64,000 bases of DNA from an uncultured delta proteobacterium. GTDB lineage: Bacteria; Myxococcota; B64-G9. The stretch spans positions 32,001 to 96,000 of the forward strand of contig CAVWHX010000006.1 of the NCBI GenBank assembly GCA_963754925.1, in the 5' to 3' direction. Below are positions 1 through 9,478 of this stretch, piece after piece; positions within the stretch are counted from its first letter, which is position 1; every line of letters starts with the position of its first letter. Position numbers and translations under genes: made by a program. A model generated the notes under the pieces. That model was given only the letters and a program-made list of their open reading frames with translations. It was not told where the DNA came from and ran no database searches.

Positions 1-95
1 GTTCTGATTATCTGAATAACTTATGAAGCTTTGGATGATCCCTCAGGGAATAAAAGATGAATCAAACGGGGGATAGACCTACGATACGGACGTAT

Positions 96-878
96 TTAAA
101 CGAACAAGAAACGTTGGAGCGACTGGAAGAAGTTCGCCAGGACGACGGGCTGACGTAGGAACATGTCTGCCCCAGCCTTGTAGGCAGCCTTTTGATTTTC
201 CGGGGTATTTTGCCCTGTAGCAATGATGGGTAAAGCACAAAAGGACTCGTGGTCCCTGATAAGTTTGATGAGCTCCTGGCCTTTCAGTTCCGGTTGATCG
301 ATCTTGACGATGATCATATCGAAGGCCAGGTCAAAGCTATCTTTGGCAGCCTCGGCTTGGATCTTTTCCCAGGCCATTTCGCCATTAATGGCGTCATGAA
401 TCATGATGCTGCGATGCTTTTTGATCTCGAGGTTGGTATAGGCGAGCAATGCCGAGTGGTACATCTCCCGCGCTTTGTCGTTGTCCTCGACCAACAAAAT
501 TTTAAAGGGCACTTGTTGAGCCGTCAGCGGCGACGGCTCGGAAAGCTTGTGGACGAGGCCCTTGATATGTTGCGATTCCTCGCTCGAATGAGAGCGAAAG
601 GAAACCCCAATGCCAGCCGGCACTCCATTGTTGGCCTCGTCGGTTTTTCTCTGCCAGCATACCTGCCCGTGGCAGAGGAATGGTTTCAATAAACCCGGAA
701 ACGATACTTGGAAGCTGATTTCATCGCCTACCTCAAACTGTTTGTTAGTGGCGACAAAAACGCCGCCTTCGCTGGCGTTGAAGGCGTAGTCCTCTAAAAA
801 TGCCTCTGGGTCGTCATACGTGACAGACAATAAAACATCCAATCGGGGACTTTGTCTTTTTTCTTCTGAATAGGTCAC
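96..878 (-). CDS. PilZ (TIGR02266-like) domain + atypical receiver domain protein, copy 1
   Basis: RQSPR (RxxxR) and NASEGG PilZ motifs; C-terminal REC fold (ILLVED...AGADMFLRQP); GTG start with GGGAGG RBS. Confidence 0.85.
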   Translation of the reverse strand: MTYSEEKRQSPRLDVLLSVTYDDPEAFLEDYAFNASEGGVFVATNKQFEVGDEISFQVSFPGLLKPFLCHGQVCWQRKTDEANNGVPAGIGVSFRSHSSEESQHIKGLVHKLSEPSPLTAQQVPFKILLVEDNDKAREMYHSALLAYTNLEIKKHRSIMIHDAINGEMAWEKIQAEAAKDSFDLAFDMIIVKIDQPELKGQELIKLIRDHESFCALPIIATGQNTPENQKAAYKAGADMFLRQPVVLANFFQSLQRFLFV

Positions 879-946
879 CGAGTGCCTCCCTTTGCTAGAA
901 CTACAAAGATAATCTTCCCAAAAAATAAGATATTCAGCGAGAAAAT

Positions 947-975
947 ATTATACATAGACTCATCCTTTTTTGCAA
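947..975 (-). promoter_or_regulatory. sigma70-type promoter of PilZ-REC copy 1
   Basis: TTGCAA-N17-TATAAT on minus strand; same boxes upstream of copy 2. Confidence 0.7.
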
Positions 976-1084
976 GAGTTAAGCTTCAGCCGTGTTAAGA
1001 ATATCTCTTGATGCGCACTGTTTCAAGATGTCTGAGGATTATAAAAAGGCTCGTATTATTATGGCTAGATTTTAAATGACGTTG

Positions 1085-1867
1085 CTAAATGAACAGGAAC
1101 CGCTGGAGCGACTGGAAGAAGTTAGCTAGGGTAACTGGTTGGCGTAGGAACATGTCTGCTCCGACTTGGTATGCCGCGGTTTTGTTTTCATCGGTGTCTT
1201 GGCCGGTGGCGATGATAGGCAGGGCGCAGAACGATTCGTTTTCCCGGATGAGTTTGATGAGCTCCTGACCCTTCAGATGGGAGGGCCCGATCTTGACGAT
1301 AACCATGTCGTAGGCCAGATCAAAACACTCGTCGGTAACCTCGGCCTTGATCATGTTCCAAGCTTTCGCGCCATCATCGGCGTCATGGATGACTATGGCG
1401 CGGCACTTGCCGAGTTCGAGGTGGTTGTATACCTCGAGCGCCGCGTGGAACATTTCACGGAGCTGTTGATCGTCTTCAACCAATAAAATTTTATACGGAT
1501 CTTGTTGCGTTGCGGGTAACGAAATGTTGGAAAGCTTCTCGACGAGGCTCTTGAAGCGTCGCGATTCCTCGCTCGTTTGGGAGAGAAAGGCAACGCCGAT
1601 ACCAGCGGGCTCCCCGTCCTTGGCATCTTCGGGTTTTCTCTGCCAGCACACCCGCCCGTGGCATTGGAATGGTTTTAGCAATCCCGGGAACGAAACTTCG
1701 AAGCTGATTTCATCGCCAACCGAAAACAACTTGTTGGTGGCGATGAATACCCCGCCTTCGCTGGCGTTGAATGCATAGTCGGCAAGAAATGTTTCCTGAT
1801 TTTCATAGGTAACTGACAGCAGTATATCCAAACGTTTATTTTGTCTCTTATCTTCTGGATGGCTCAC
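1085..1867 (-). CDS. PilZ + atypical receiver domain protein, copy 2 (tandem paralog)
   Basis: Same length (260 aa), colinear with 96..878; RQNKR and NASEGG motifs. Confidence 0.85.
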   Translation of the reverse strand: MSHPEDKRQNKRLDILLSVTYENQETFLADYAFNASEGGVFIATNKLFSVGDEISFEVSFPGLLKPFQCHGRVCWQRKPEDAKDGEPAGIGVAFLSQTSEESRRFKSLVEKLSNISLPATQQDPYKILLVEDDQQLREMFHAALEVYNHLELGKCRAIVIHDADDGAKAWNMIKAEVTDECFDLAYDMVIVKIGPSHLKGQELIKLIRENESFCALPIIATGQDTDENKTAAYQVGADMFLRQPVTLANFFQSLQRFLFI

Positions 1868-1939
1868 GGAGAGTCTCCCCTTTTCAGAACTACGTAGATT
1901 GTCTCACTAAGCACCATAAGACTTTTGTTGAGCTGTATA

Positions 1940-1968
1940 ATTATAAAACAGTTTGTTCTTGCTTGCAA
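1940..1968 (-). promoter_or_regulatory. sigma70-type promoter of PilZ-REC copy 2
   Basis: TTGCAA-N17-TATAAT on minus strand. Confidence 0.7.
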
Positions 1969-2058
1969 GGAGTTGGCCTACCCTGACGTGCCCCCCGAAA
2001 ACTGGACCATTTTCAATGAGAGTTCCTTCGGCTAGAATGCCGGAAAGGAGCTTGCTCA

Positions 2059-2325
2059 ATGAAAGGGAAACGGTTTTCTGAGGATAAGATCATCGGGATA
2101 TTGAAAGAAGCCGAAGCGGGGGTGAAGCTGTCTGATCTGTGTCGTACGCATGGCTTCTGCGAACAAACGTACTACCGTTGGAAATCCAAGTACGGCGGGA
2201 TGGACGTCAGCGAGGCGCGGCGGCTGAAGCAGCTTGAGGAAGAAAACCGAAGGCTGAAGCGTGCCGTGGCCGATCTCACTCTCGACAACCAGATCTTGAG
2301 GGATATCAACTCAAGAAAATGGTGA
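2059..2325 (+). CDS. IS3-family transposase OrfA (HTH)
   Basis: MKGKRFSEDKII...YYRWKSKYGGM...LEEENRRLK typical of IS407-group OrfA. Confidence 0.93.
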   Translation: MKGKRFSEDKIIGILKEAEAGVKLSDLCRTHGFCEQTYYRWKSKYGGMDVSEARRLKQLEEENRRLKRAVADLTLDNQILRDINSRKW

Positions 2326-3230
2326 AGCCCGCAGCGCGAAAGCAGGCCGTTGTGCATGCCCGCGAGGAATTTGGGGTGAGCGAACGACGCGCCTGCGGGC
2401 TGATGAGGATCGGGCGATCGAGCTTTCGGTACCGTTCGGTAGGCCAACTGTATCCGCAGTTGCGGGAGCGTCTTTTAGAGCTTGCGGCGCAGCGGGTACG
2501 CTTCGGATATCGACGGTTGCAGGTGTTATTGCGGCGGGAAGGGTATGTGGTGAATCACAAGCGGGTGTATCGGCTGTATCGGCAAGAGGGATTGAGCGTG
2601 AGGAAGAAGCAGCGCAAGAGATACCGGAGCATCGCGCGGCAGCCGCTGCGTCTTCCGGAAGGACTCAACGAGCGATGGTCGATGGATTTTCTATCTGATT
2701 GTCTCTCAGATGGGCGACGGTTGAAGGTGTTGAGCGTGCTGGATGAATTCAGTCGAGAGAGTCTTGCCTTACCCGTAGACACGTCCATTTCCGGCAGCCG
2801 GGTGGCCAGGATTTTGGACGATATTGCCGCTGAACGGGGTAGGTATCCCGAAGCGATGGTGACGGATAACGGTCCGGAGTTCACGAGTCGTGCGCTGGAC
2901 CTCTGGGCGTACCGGCATGGGGTGCAGTTGCATTTTATCGAGCCAGGCAAGCCGGTGCAGAATGCCCTGATCGAAAGCTTCAACGGCAAATTTCGAGATG
3001 AATGTCTCAATCAACATTGGTTTATAAATCTACAAGATGCTCGTAATAAAATCGAATCATGGCGGATGGATTACAATCATGTGCGGCCACACAGCTCGCT
3101 CGGACAGGAGACACCGGCGGAGTTCGCGCGACAGTTTTCAGAGCTTCGGTCGCCTCCGGCTCCCTTCGCTCTGAAAACTGTTGTTGCTATGGATAAAGGA
3201 ACGATGGTTAACCATGAACAACTCTCATAG
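2319..3230 (+). CDS. IS3-family transposase OrfB (DDE)
   Basis: WSMDF, TDNGPEF, NALIESFNGKFRDECLN motifs; -1 frame relative to orfA. Confidence 0.93.
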   Translation: MVKPAARKQAVVHAREEFGVSERRACGLMRIGRSSFRYRSVGQLYPQLRERLLELAAQRVRFGYRRLQVLLRREGYVVNHKRVYRLYRQEGLSVRKKQRKRYRSIARQPLRLPEGLNERWSMDFLSDCLSDGRRLKVLSVLDEFSRESLALPVDTSISGSRVARILDDIAAERGRYPEAMVTDNGPEFTSRALDLWAYRHGVQLHFIEPGKPVQNALIESFNGKFRDECLNQHWFINLQDARNKIESWRMDYNHVRPHSSLGQETPAEFARQFSELRSPPAPFALKTVVAMDKGTMVNHEQLS

Positions 3231-3364
3231 AGAGTGGTCCTATGAACGGGGGCACGTCAACCCCTCGAGTTAAGATTTCCCTGTGTTGACAGGACCCCCT
3301 AGCATACCCAGATTAGAAAATGATCGGGTAACTGCCTGGATTGCCGACCAATCGCAGGTGAGAG

Positions 3365-4396
3365 ATGAAAAAGCCCATTCTTATTCTTATTACCGCGCTT
3401 GGCCTGGTTGTTTACCATGGTAGCTTATATGCACAGGAGGCAGCAATGCCTAATAACTATAAAAAGCCTTCTCAATCCGAGTTAATACAAAACCTTACAC
3501 CGTTGCAAATCCAAGTAACTCAAGAAGCGGGCACCGAGCCGCCCTTTCAGAATGCATTCTGGAACGACCACCGCGAGGGCCTGTATGTCGATGTCGTCTC
3601 AGGCGAGCCCTTGTTTTCGTCAAAAGATAAATTCGATTCAAGCTGTGGTTGGCCGAGCTTCAGCAAACCCCTTGCCGGCACCGACCTCGTTGAGAAGCGC
3701 GACACCGCTCAGGGGATGACGCGCATGGAGGTCCGCTCAAAAGGCGCCGACTCGCACCTCGGCCACGTCTTCGACGATGGTCCGGCGCCCACGGGGTTAC
3801 GGTACTGTATTAACTCGGCGGCGCTCCGCTTCATTCCGGTGGATGACTTGGAGAAAGACGGTTATGGAGCATACCTCCCTTTCTTCGGCAAAGAGGAGGC
3901 CGAGCGGAAGGTCGAAGTCGCCACGCTGGCCGGCGGCTGCTTTTGGGGGATGCAGGAGTTGTTGCGCCAACAACCGGGCGTCATCAGTACTGAAGTGGGT
4001 TACACCGGCGGCGATATGCCGACGCCGCATTACGAGGACGTGAAGACCGGCCGCACGGGCCATGCCGAGTCCGTGGAGATCACATTCGACCCCAGCAAAA
4101 CCAGTTACGCGGCTATTCTTCGTTTCTTCTTTCGCATGCACGACCCGACAACACCCAATCGCCAGGGCAACGATATCGGCAGCCAATATCGCAGCGCGAT
4201 CTTTTATCACAACCAGGAACAGAAACGCATCGCCGAGAAAATCAAGGCCGAGGTGGCGAGTAGCGGGAAGTGGAAAAACCCGGTGGTCACCGAAATAGTC
4301 CCGGCAACCACCCCCTTTTTTCCTGCCGAGGAATATCATCAAGACTACCTCCAGAAGCACCCCAACGGGTACACCTGCCATTGGGTGAGGGAGTAA
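3365..4396 (+). CDS. msrAB: Bifunctional methionine sulfoxide reductase (MsrB-MsrA order) with N-terminal signal peptide
   Basis: [24 protein letters not shown] (MsrB) then GGCFWG and AEEYHQDY (MsrA). Confidence 0.93.
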   Translation: MKKPILILITALGLVVYHGSLYAQEAAMPNNYKKPSQSELIQNLTPLQIQVTQEAGTEPPFQNAFWNDHREGLYVDVVSGEPLFSSKDKFDSSCGWPSFSKPLAGTDLVEKRDTAQGMTRMEVRSKGADSHLGHVFDDGPAPTGLRYCINSAALRFIPVDDLEKDGYGAYLPFFGKEEAERKVEVATLAGGCFWGMQELLRQQPGVISTEVGYTGGDMPTPHYEDVKTGRTGHAESVEITFDPSKTSYAAILRFFFRMHDPTTPNRQGNDIGSQYRSAIFYHNQEQKRIAEKIKAEVASSGKWKNPVVTEIVPATTPFFPAEEYHQDYLQKHPNGYTCHWVRE

Positions 4397-4398
4397 CG

Positions 4399-4428
4399 TT
4401 GACAAGTTCCTAGAAGCGGCAGTAAACT
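4399..4428 (+). promoter_or_regulatory. putative sigma70 promoter
   Basis: TTGACA-N18-TAAACT upstream of 4530. Confidence 0.45.
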
Positions 4429-4529
4429 AAAAACATACGTTGAAAGTTAAGGGGAGCAATTGGAATACCATTTTGAAAAACCAAGGGTTTGATCTGACTA
4501 TTTGCTGGTGAAAAACAAGGACGGTAGCC

Positions 4530-5106
4530 ATGGTGCAAATTAAGGGGATTCCGATGCTTGATACGGTGAGATCCTCAAAACAATTCTTCGGTGAAGGAGA
4601 ATATCAGAGACTTGTTGGATTGTTGAATCCTGAGGCAAAAAAAGTCTTCCAAGAAGGGATAGTTGCTTCAGAATGGTATCCGCTTGAGGTATACACCAAT
4701 TTACTGGAACTGATTGTAAAAGAAAAACACAAGGGAAACGTGTTGATTCTTGCGAAAGGGTCCGCGAAAGTAATTGAAAAACATTTCCGGGGTATTTATG
4801 CGGTTTTTGTTAAACTTGGTTCGCCGGAATATTTTATTAAAGAAACTAGCTACTTTTACTCAGTCGATGTTTAAGGGTGTAATCGCGGAAAGAAAAGCGG
4901 TTGACCGAGGCAAAATGGTAGTCAAATACAATGGATTTCAAAAACAGCACGCTATTTTTGAATATGTTATCATGGGATTTTATCAAAAAGGGCTCGAGCT
5001 CAGCGGAGCCAAAAATGTTAAGGCACTATTTACGACGTCCGTTGCCCAAGGCGAGGGGTATTCGGAGCTGACGATTACCTGGGACTCCAAATCATTTTTC
5101 AGGTAG
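4530..5106 (+). CDS. TIGR02265/DUF2378-like protein, split by a one-base frameshift near 4838
   Basis: ORFs 4530..4874 and 4774..5106 join as ...SPEYFI-KKLATFTQSMF... if one base is removed; VKG-like start and WYP motif recall the myxobacterial family. Confidence 0.55.
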
Positions 5107-5284
5107 TTCCTTCCTTTCGCCAAAAATCCATCGCTTACTGAAAAATGAATAGTGACACCTTGACCGATTAATGATCGGTCGCGGGCAACGGTAGACTTGT
5201 GCTTACCAGAAGATCTTGCTAGAAGGAAAAAGGGTCATATCTTATTATGGGATGGATGTTCTCGCCGGTGAATGAGGAGGAAGT

Positions 5285-6130
5285 ATGGCCACCGTTGAAC
5301 TTACCAAAGATAACCTCGACAGTACGATTGCCAACAATAGTATTGTCTTCATCGATTTTTGGGCCGAATGGTGCGGTCCCTGCAAGGCGTTCGGTCCGAT
5401 ATTCGAGAAAGCCTCGGATGCGCATCCGGATATTGTCTTTGCCAAGTGTAATACCGAGAAGGAGCCGGAGGTGGGCGCGGCCTTCGGCGTGCAGTCGATC
5501 CCCACTCTGGCAATTTTACGCGACCAGATTCCCGTTTTTATTCAAGCTGGCGCCTTACCGGCATCTGCCTTGGAGACGATCATCCAACGCGTCAAGGACC
5601 TGGATATGAACCAGGTTCGGGCCGAGGTAGCAAAAATAAGCGACCAGCAGGGTGGTCAGGGTCGAAGCGCGGAAGGTCCTCAAGGATCGCCGGAACGCGG
5701 TCGCCCGATGGCCGCCGCCCCACAAGCGGCGGGAAAACGGCTAAGTCCTCAGGGGGCGCAGACCCAGCAAAAAAAGCCGCTTTACATGCCGACCGTTGTC
5801 GCGGTCCAGGAGACCGGCAAGGCATTGGCTCAACTCGCGGATGATCCCCTTCTTCGGCGCCAGGGGGTTTCCCGCGAGTTTCTTCAAGCCCTTCAGACTG
5901 AAGCAGGCGAAGAACCCGGACACGACGTGGCCCGACGGGTGCTTCAGATCTATGAGCGGCTGCGTCAGATAATTCGTGAGCACGGCGAGGTTGATGGGCG
6001 CCCGCTCGCCCGGCGCGAGTTTGATCAGGTTGGTTTCAACGCCGAAACCCAGCTTGCCGGCCTGCCGGTTGAGATCCGCAGCGAAACGCGTGCAGTGCTG
6101 CGCGCCATTGCAGAACTTCTATCTTCGTAA
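5285..6130 (+). CDS. Thioredoxin with long C-terminal extension
   Basis: IDFWAEWCGPCK and QSIPTL motifs in the first ~115 aa; GAGGAGG RBS. Confidence 0.85.
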   Translation: MATVELTKDNLDSTIANNSIVFIDFWAEWCGPCKAFGPIFEKASDAHPDIVFAKCNTEKEPEVGAAFGVQSIPTLAILRDQIPVFIQAGALPASALETIIQRVKDLDMNQVRAEVAKISDQQGGQGRSAEGPQGSPERGRPMAAAPQAAGKRLSPQGAQTQQKKPLYMPTVVAVQETGKALAQLADDPLLRRQGVSREFLQALQTEAGEEPGHDVARRVLQIYERLRQIIREHGEVDGRPLARREFDQVGFNAETQLAGLPVEIRSETRAVLRAIAELLSS

Positions 6131-6298
6131 GCATCTTCGTCGGTTCATACATCCTTCGAAAACGGCGAAAGAATTCTTCGATCTTCACAAACAACTGGTA
6201 TACGGTTCAGAAATAATTTGCGAAAACACCGAGGGTATGGAAAACAATCCATCACCGGCGGTGAACGCGAGGCCGTTAATTTTCGGGAGGACTGGACG

Positions 6299-8293
6299 AT
6301 GAGTGAGGAACTTGATCAACTCTGCATCAATACCATCCGCTTATTGGCAGTCGACATGGTTGAACGGGCCAAGTCCGGCCACCCCGGCCTGCCCCTCGGC
6401 GCCGGAGCGATGGCGTACGTTTTGTGGACGCAAGCCATGCGCCATAATCCCCAAAACCCGCATTGGCCAAATCGTGATCGATTTGTGCTCTCGGCCGGCC
6501 ACGGCTCGGCGTTGCTCTACGCCCTGCTGCACATGACCGGCTACGACCTGACGCTCGACGATCTCAAGAATTTTCGCCAATGGGAGAGCCGCACCCCCGG
6601 GCACCCCGAGTATGGGATGACGCCCGGTGTGGAGACTACCACGGGCCCCTTGGGGCAGGGGATGGCTACGGCGGTCGGCATGGCGATCGCTGAGCGGTAT
6701 TTGGCCGCGATTTTCAATCAGGATGGTTTTCCGATCGTCGATCACCGCACCTTCGTGCTGTGCGGTGACGGCGACCTCATGGAGGGAATTGCCGCCGAAG
6801 CCGCGTCGCTCGCGGGCCATCTTGAGCTTGCAAAATTGATCTGCTTGTACGATGACAACAAGATCTCGATCGAGGGATCGACCGATATTGCCTTCACTGA
6901 AGATGTGCGTCGGCGCTTTCAGTCATACGGATGGCGCGTGATCGAGGTCGAGGGCAATGACCTTGCCGCGGTGGCCGCAGCAATCAAGAAAGCCAGGGCC
7001 GAGAAGGTGCGGCCGACCTTGATCAAAGCGCGCACCCACATTGGCTTTGGCTGCCCTAACAAGCATGATACCAGCGCCGCGCACGGCGAACCGCTGGGCG
7101 CCGACGAACTCAAAGCGGTCAAGGAATGCTTTAGCTTCTCGCCCGAGCAGAGCTTTGTGGTCCCCGAGCAAGCGGCTGCCCACTGCGGCCAGGTGGCACA
7201 GCGCGGGGCGAAAGCCGAGGCCCGCTGGCAGCGCCTGTTTGCCAAATATGCCCGCGCGTACCCTGACCAGGCCGAGCAGTTTCAACAGGCGCTGCGCGGC
7301 GAGCTACCCGCGGGCTGGCAACGGGCATTGCCGAGTTTTACGGCATCCGACGTCCAAGCCACCCGCCAGGCCTCGGGGACGATACTCAACGCCGTGGCTG
7401 CCGTGACGCCGCTCGTGATCGGCGGGTCGGCGGACCTTGCACCCTCGAACAATACCTTGATCAAGGGTGCGGCCGATTTCTCGGCGAAAACACCGGGCGG
7501 ACGCAACCTGCGTTTCGGGGTGCGCGAGCACGCCATGGGAGCTATCGTCAACGGCATGGCGCTTTCTCAGCTACGCCCCTATGGAGCGACCTTCTTGGTG
7601 TTCGCCGACTACCTGCGGCCGGCGCTACGGCTCGCCGCGCTTATGCGCATCCCTTCGTTGTTAATAATTACCCACGATAGCATCGGCCTCGGGGAGGACG
7701 GCCCCACCCACCAACCAATCGAACATCTGGCCGCCTTGCGGGCCATCCCGCAGTTGTTGGTAGTGCGGCCGGCCGATGCCAACGAAACCGTTGCAGCCTG
7801 GCGGGTGATTCTCGAGCGCAAGCGTCCGGCCGCCCTGGTTCTTACCCGACAGAAAGTGCCGGTCCTCGACCCGGCGCGCTATCCGGTGCACACCGGGGTC
7901 GAGAAAGGGGCTTATGTTCTCTTAGATTGCGATCAGCCCCAGCTGATATTAATCGCCACCGGTTCGGAGGTCCACCTGGCGCTTGCCGCCGCACGCAGGC
8001 TTTCTGACCAGGGTCTCCGGGCGCGAGTGGTATCGATGCCTTCCTGGGAGCTTTTTGCCGAACAGCCGTATGATTATCGAGATCGCGTGCTGCCGCCATC
8101 CCTTAAGGCCCGGTTGGCGATCGAGGCTGGCTCGCCGTTCGGATGGCGTCGTTGGGTAGGGGAGAGCGGCGATGTGATTGGTATTGAGCGCTTTGGTGCC
8201 TCCGCGCCCGGTGAGGTGTTGCTGGCTCGCTTTGGCTTCACCGTTGAAAATGTGGTTGCCCGAGCGCAAGCGTTGATCGGGAAGACCGTATAG
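6299..8293 (+). CDS. tkt: Transketolase
   Basis: [34 protein letters not shown] 6299 after GGAGG. Confidence 0.97.
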   Translation: MSEELDQLCINTIRLLAVDMVERAKSGHPGLPLGAGAMAYVLWTQAMRHNPQNPHWPNRDRFVLSAGHGSALLYALLHMTGYDLTLDDLKNFRQWESRTPGHPEYGMTPGVETTTGPLGQGMATAVGMAIAERYLAAIFNQDGFPIVDHRTFVLCGDGDLMEGIAAEAASLAGHLELAKLICLYDDNKISIEGSTDIAFTEDVRRRFQSYGWRVIEVEGNDLAAVAAAIKKARAEKVRPTLIKARTHIGFGCPNKHDTSAAHGEPLGADELKAVKECFSFSPEQSFVVPEQAAAHCGQVAQRGAKAEARWQRLFAKYARAYPDQAEQFQQALRGELPAGWQRALPSFTASDVQATRQASGTILNAVAAVTPLVIGGSADLAPSNNTLIKGAADFSAKTPGGRNLRFGVREHAMGAIVNGMALSQLRPYGATFLVFADYLRPALRLAALMRIPSLLIITHDSIGLGEDGPTHQPIEHLAALRAIPQLLVVRPADANETVAAWRVILERKRPAALVLTRQKVPVLDPARYPVHTGVEKGAYVLLDCDQPQLILIATGSEVHLALAAARRLSDQGLRARVVSMPSWELFAEQPYDYRDRVLPPSLKARLAIEAGSPFGWRRWVGESGDVIGIERFGASAPGEVLLARFGFTVENVVARAQALIGKTV

Positions 8294-9351
8294 TGTGGTA
8301 CCATGGCGCCATGGCTATCGCAGGAACAGGAATGGGTGTTGTCATGGTGAGCCGGTGGTCACCGGCAGCGTTGTTGTCCGGCGTAGCTCTTATTCTCAAT
8401 TGCCAACCGTCTGTTGGCCTTGAGGATGTTCCCGGGTTGGTGGCGCCTGCCGATCAAAGTCCGGCGATAGCCCGGGCGGGAGAGTTTTTGTTGCATACGG
8501 CAGAGGTGCCGGAGCTTGCCCGCATGGGGCGATCGGTGCGGAGTCTGGCCGGGGTTGCGGTGAATGCAACGCCGCCTGAGAACGAGCTCTCGCTTGCGCT
8601 CGAGACGCTGACGCTGGCGAGCGCGGCCGGTAGGGATATTGACGGAATTGATTCCGAGGGGAAGGAAGAATATCAGCGTTTGCTGGCGCGGCTTCTTCTC
8701 AAGCGAGCCGTTGAGCCCGTTGGCGACGGTCCGGTTTCTGACGAGGAGATCCGGCGCGCTCAAGAAGCCGAGATCGAACAGTATCAAAAGACCGGTGTGA
8801 GCGAGTTGTTTAGCCCGACACGCATCGATGCCGCGGCGGTGGTAATCGGGTTATTCCCCGATGCGCATCCTCCCACTGAGAATGAAGTTCCGCTGTTGGT
8901 CCCCCGGGAGGCCCTGGCGCTGTCTCGCGACTTTCGGGAGCGTGTCGGCGATCGCGTCACGGATCTTGACCGATTTCTGGCTCTGGCGCGCGAGTTCACC
9001 GCCGGACATCCGACGGTGCAGGTTCAGATGCTTTGGGGGATAGCGCTCGATCGAAGGCTTTCGAGCATCGATGCTCGAATCCACACCACCCTGGTTGCCC
9101 TTGACGGCGACGGCGCCATCAGCGAGCCTATCGCGTTCGAGGGTGGAGTGTACGTGATCCGGCGCGGGTACACCTCGCCGGGGAAGGGCGAGCGCCCCGA
9201 GGATGTTCGGCCGCAACTAGAGGAGAAGGTCCGGACTCTTCGCCGCCAGGAGGCCTTAACGAGACTTCTGACGGAGCTTCTGAAGCGCTACCAGGCGCAA
9301 ACATGGCCGGAACGGTTGCATAACGACCGTGGCGAGCAACCGCAACCGTGA
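8293..9351 (+). CDS. Putative lipoprotein, possible parvulin/SurA-like chaperone fold (start may be 8344)
   Basis: LILNC lipobox-like signal; VSDEEI and GAISEPI...GVYVI segments resemble PpiC-type proteins. Confidence 0.45.
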   Translation: MWYHGAMAIAGTGMGVVMVSRWSPAALLSGVALILNCQPSVGLEDVPGLVAPADQSPAIARAGEFLLHTAEVPELARMGRSVRSLAGVAVNATPPENELSLALETLTLASAAGRDIDGIDSEGKEEYQRLLARLLLKRAVEPVGDGPVSDEEIRRAQEAEIEQYQKTGVSELFSPTRIDAAAVVIGLFPDAHPPTENEVPLLVPREALALSRDFRERVGDRVTDLDRFLALAREFTAGHPTVQVQMLWGIALDRRLSSIDARIHTTLVALDGDGAISEPIAFEGGVYVIRRGYTSPGKGERPEDVRPQLEEKVRTLRRQEALTRLLTELLKRYQAQTWPERLHNDRGEQPQP

Positions 9352-9478
9352 GGTGGGTAATTTCACATCTGGCAAGACAAGGAATCTGTAACAGCCTCTG
9401 GATGTCATTCGCGGGGGGACTGGTTTCTTTAAGTTTTGCATCACCGTCCTTGGAATAAGCATTTATGCGGCCGCCAGC

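Larger units (their letters stand above)
1984..3259 (+). mobile_element. IS3-family insertion sequence (IS407 group), 1276 bp
   Basis: Imperfect terminal IRs (TGACGTGCCCCCCGAAAACTGGACCA vs rc TGACGTGCCCCCGTTCATAGGACCA), TG...CA ends, ACCC direct repeats at 1980-1983 and 3260-3263, orfA/orfB inside. Confidence 0.95.

Noticed and set aside
5111..5130. CCTTTCGCCAAAAATCCA resembles the left flank of repeat copy 2
   Set aside because: Short, low complexity and lacks the 21-bp core
5162..5180. Palindrome GACCGAT-N5-ATCGGTC upstream of thioredoxin
   Set aside because: Single 7-bp inverted repeat with no recognisable regulator consensus
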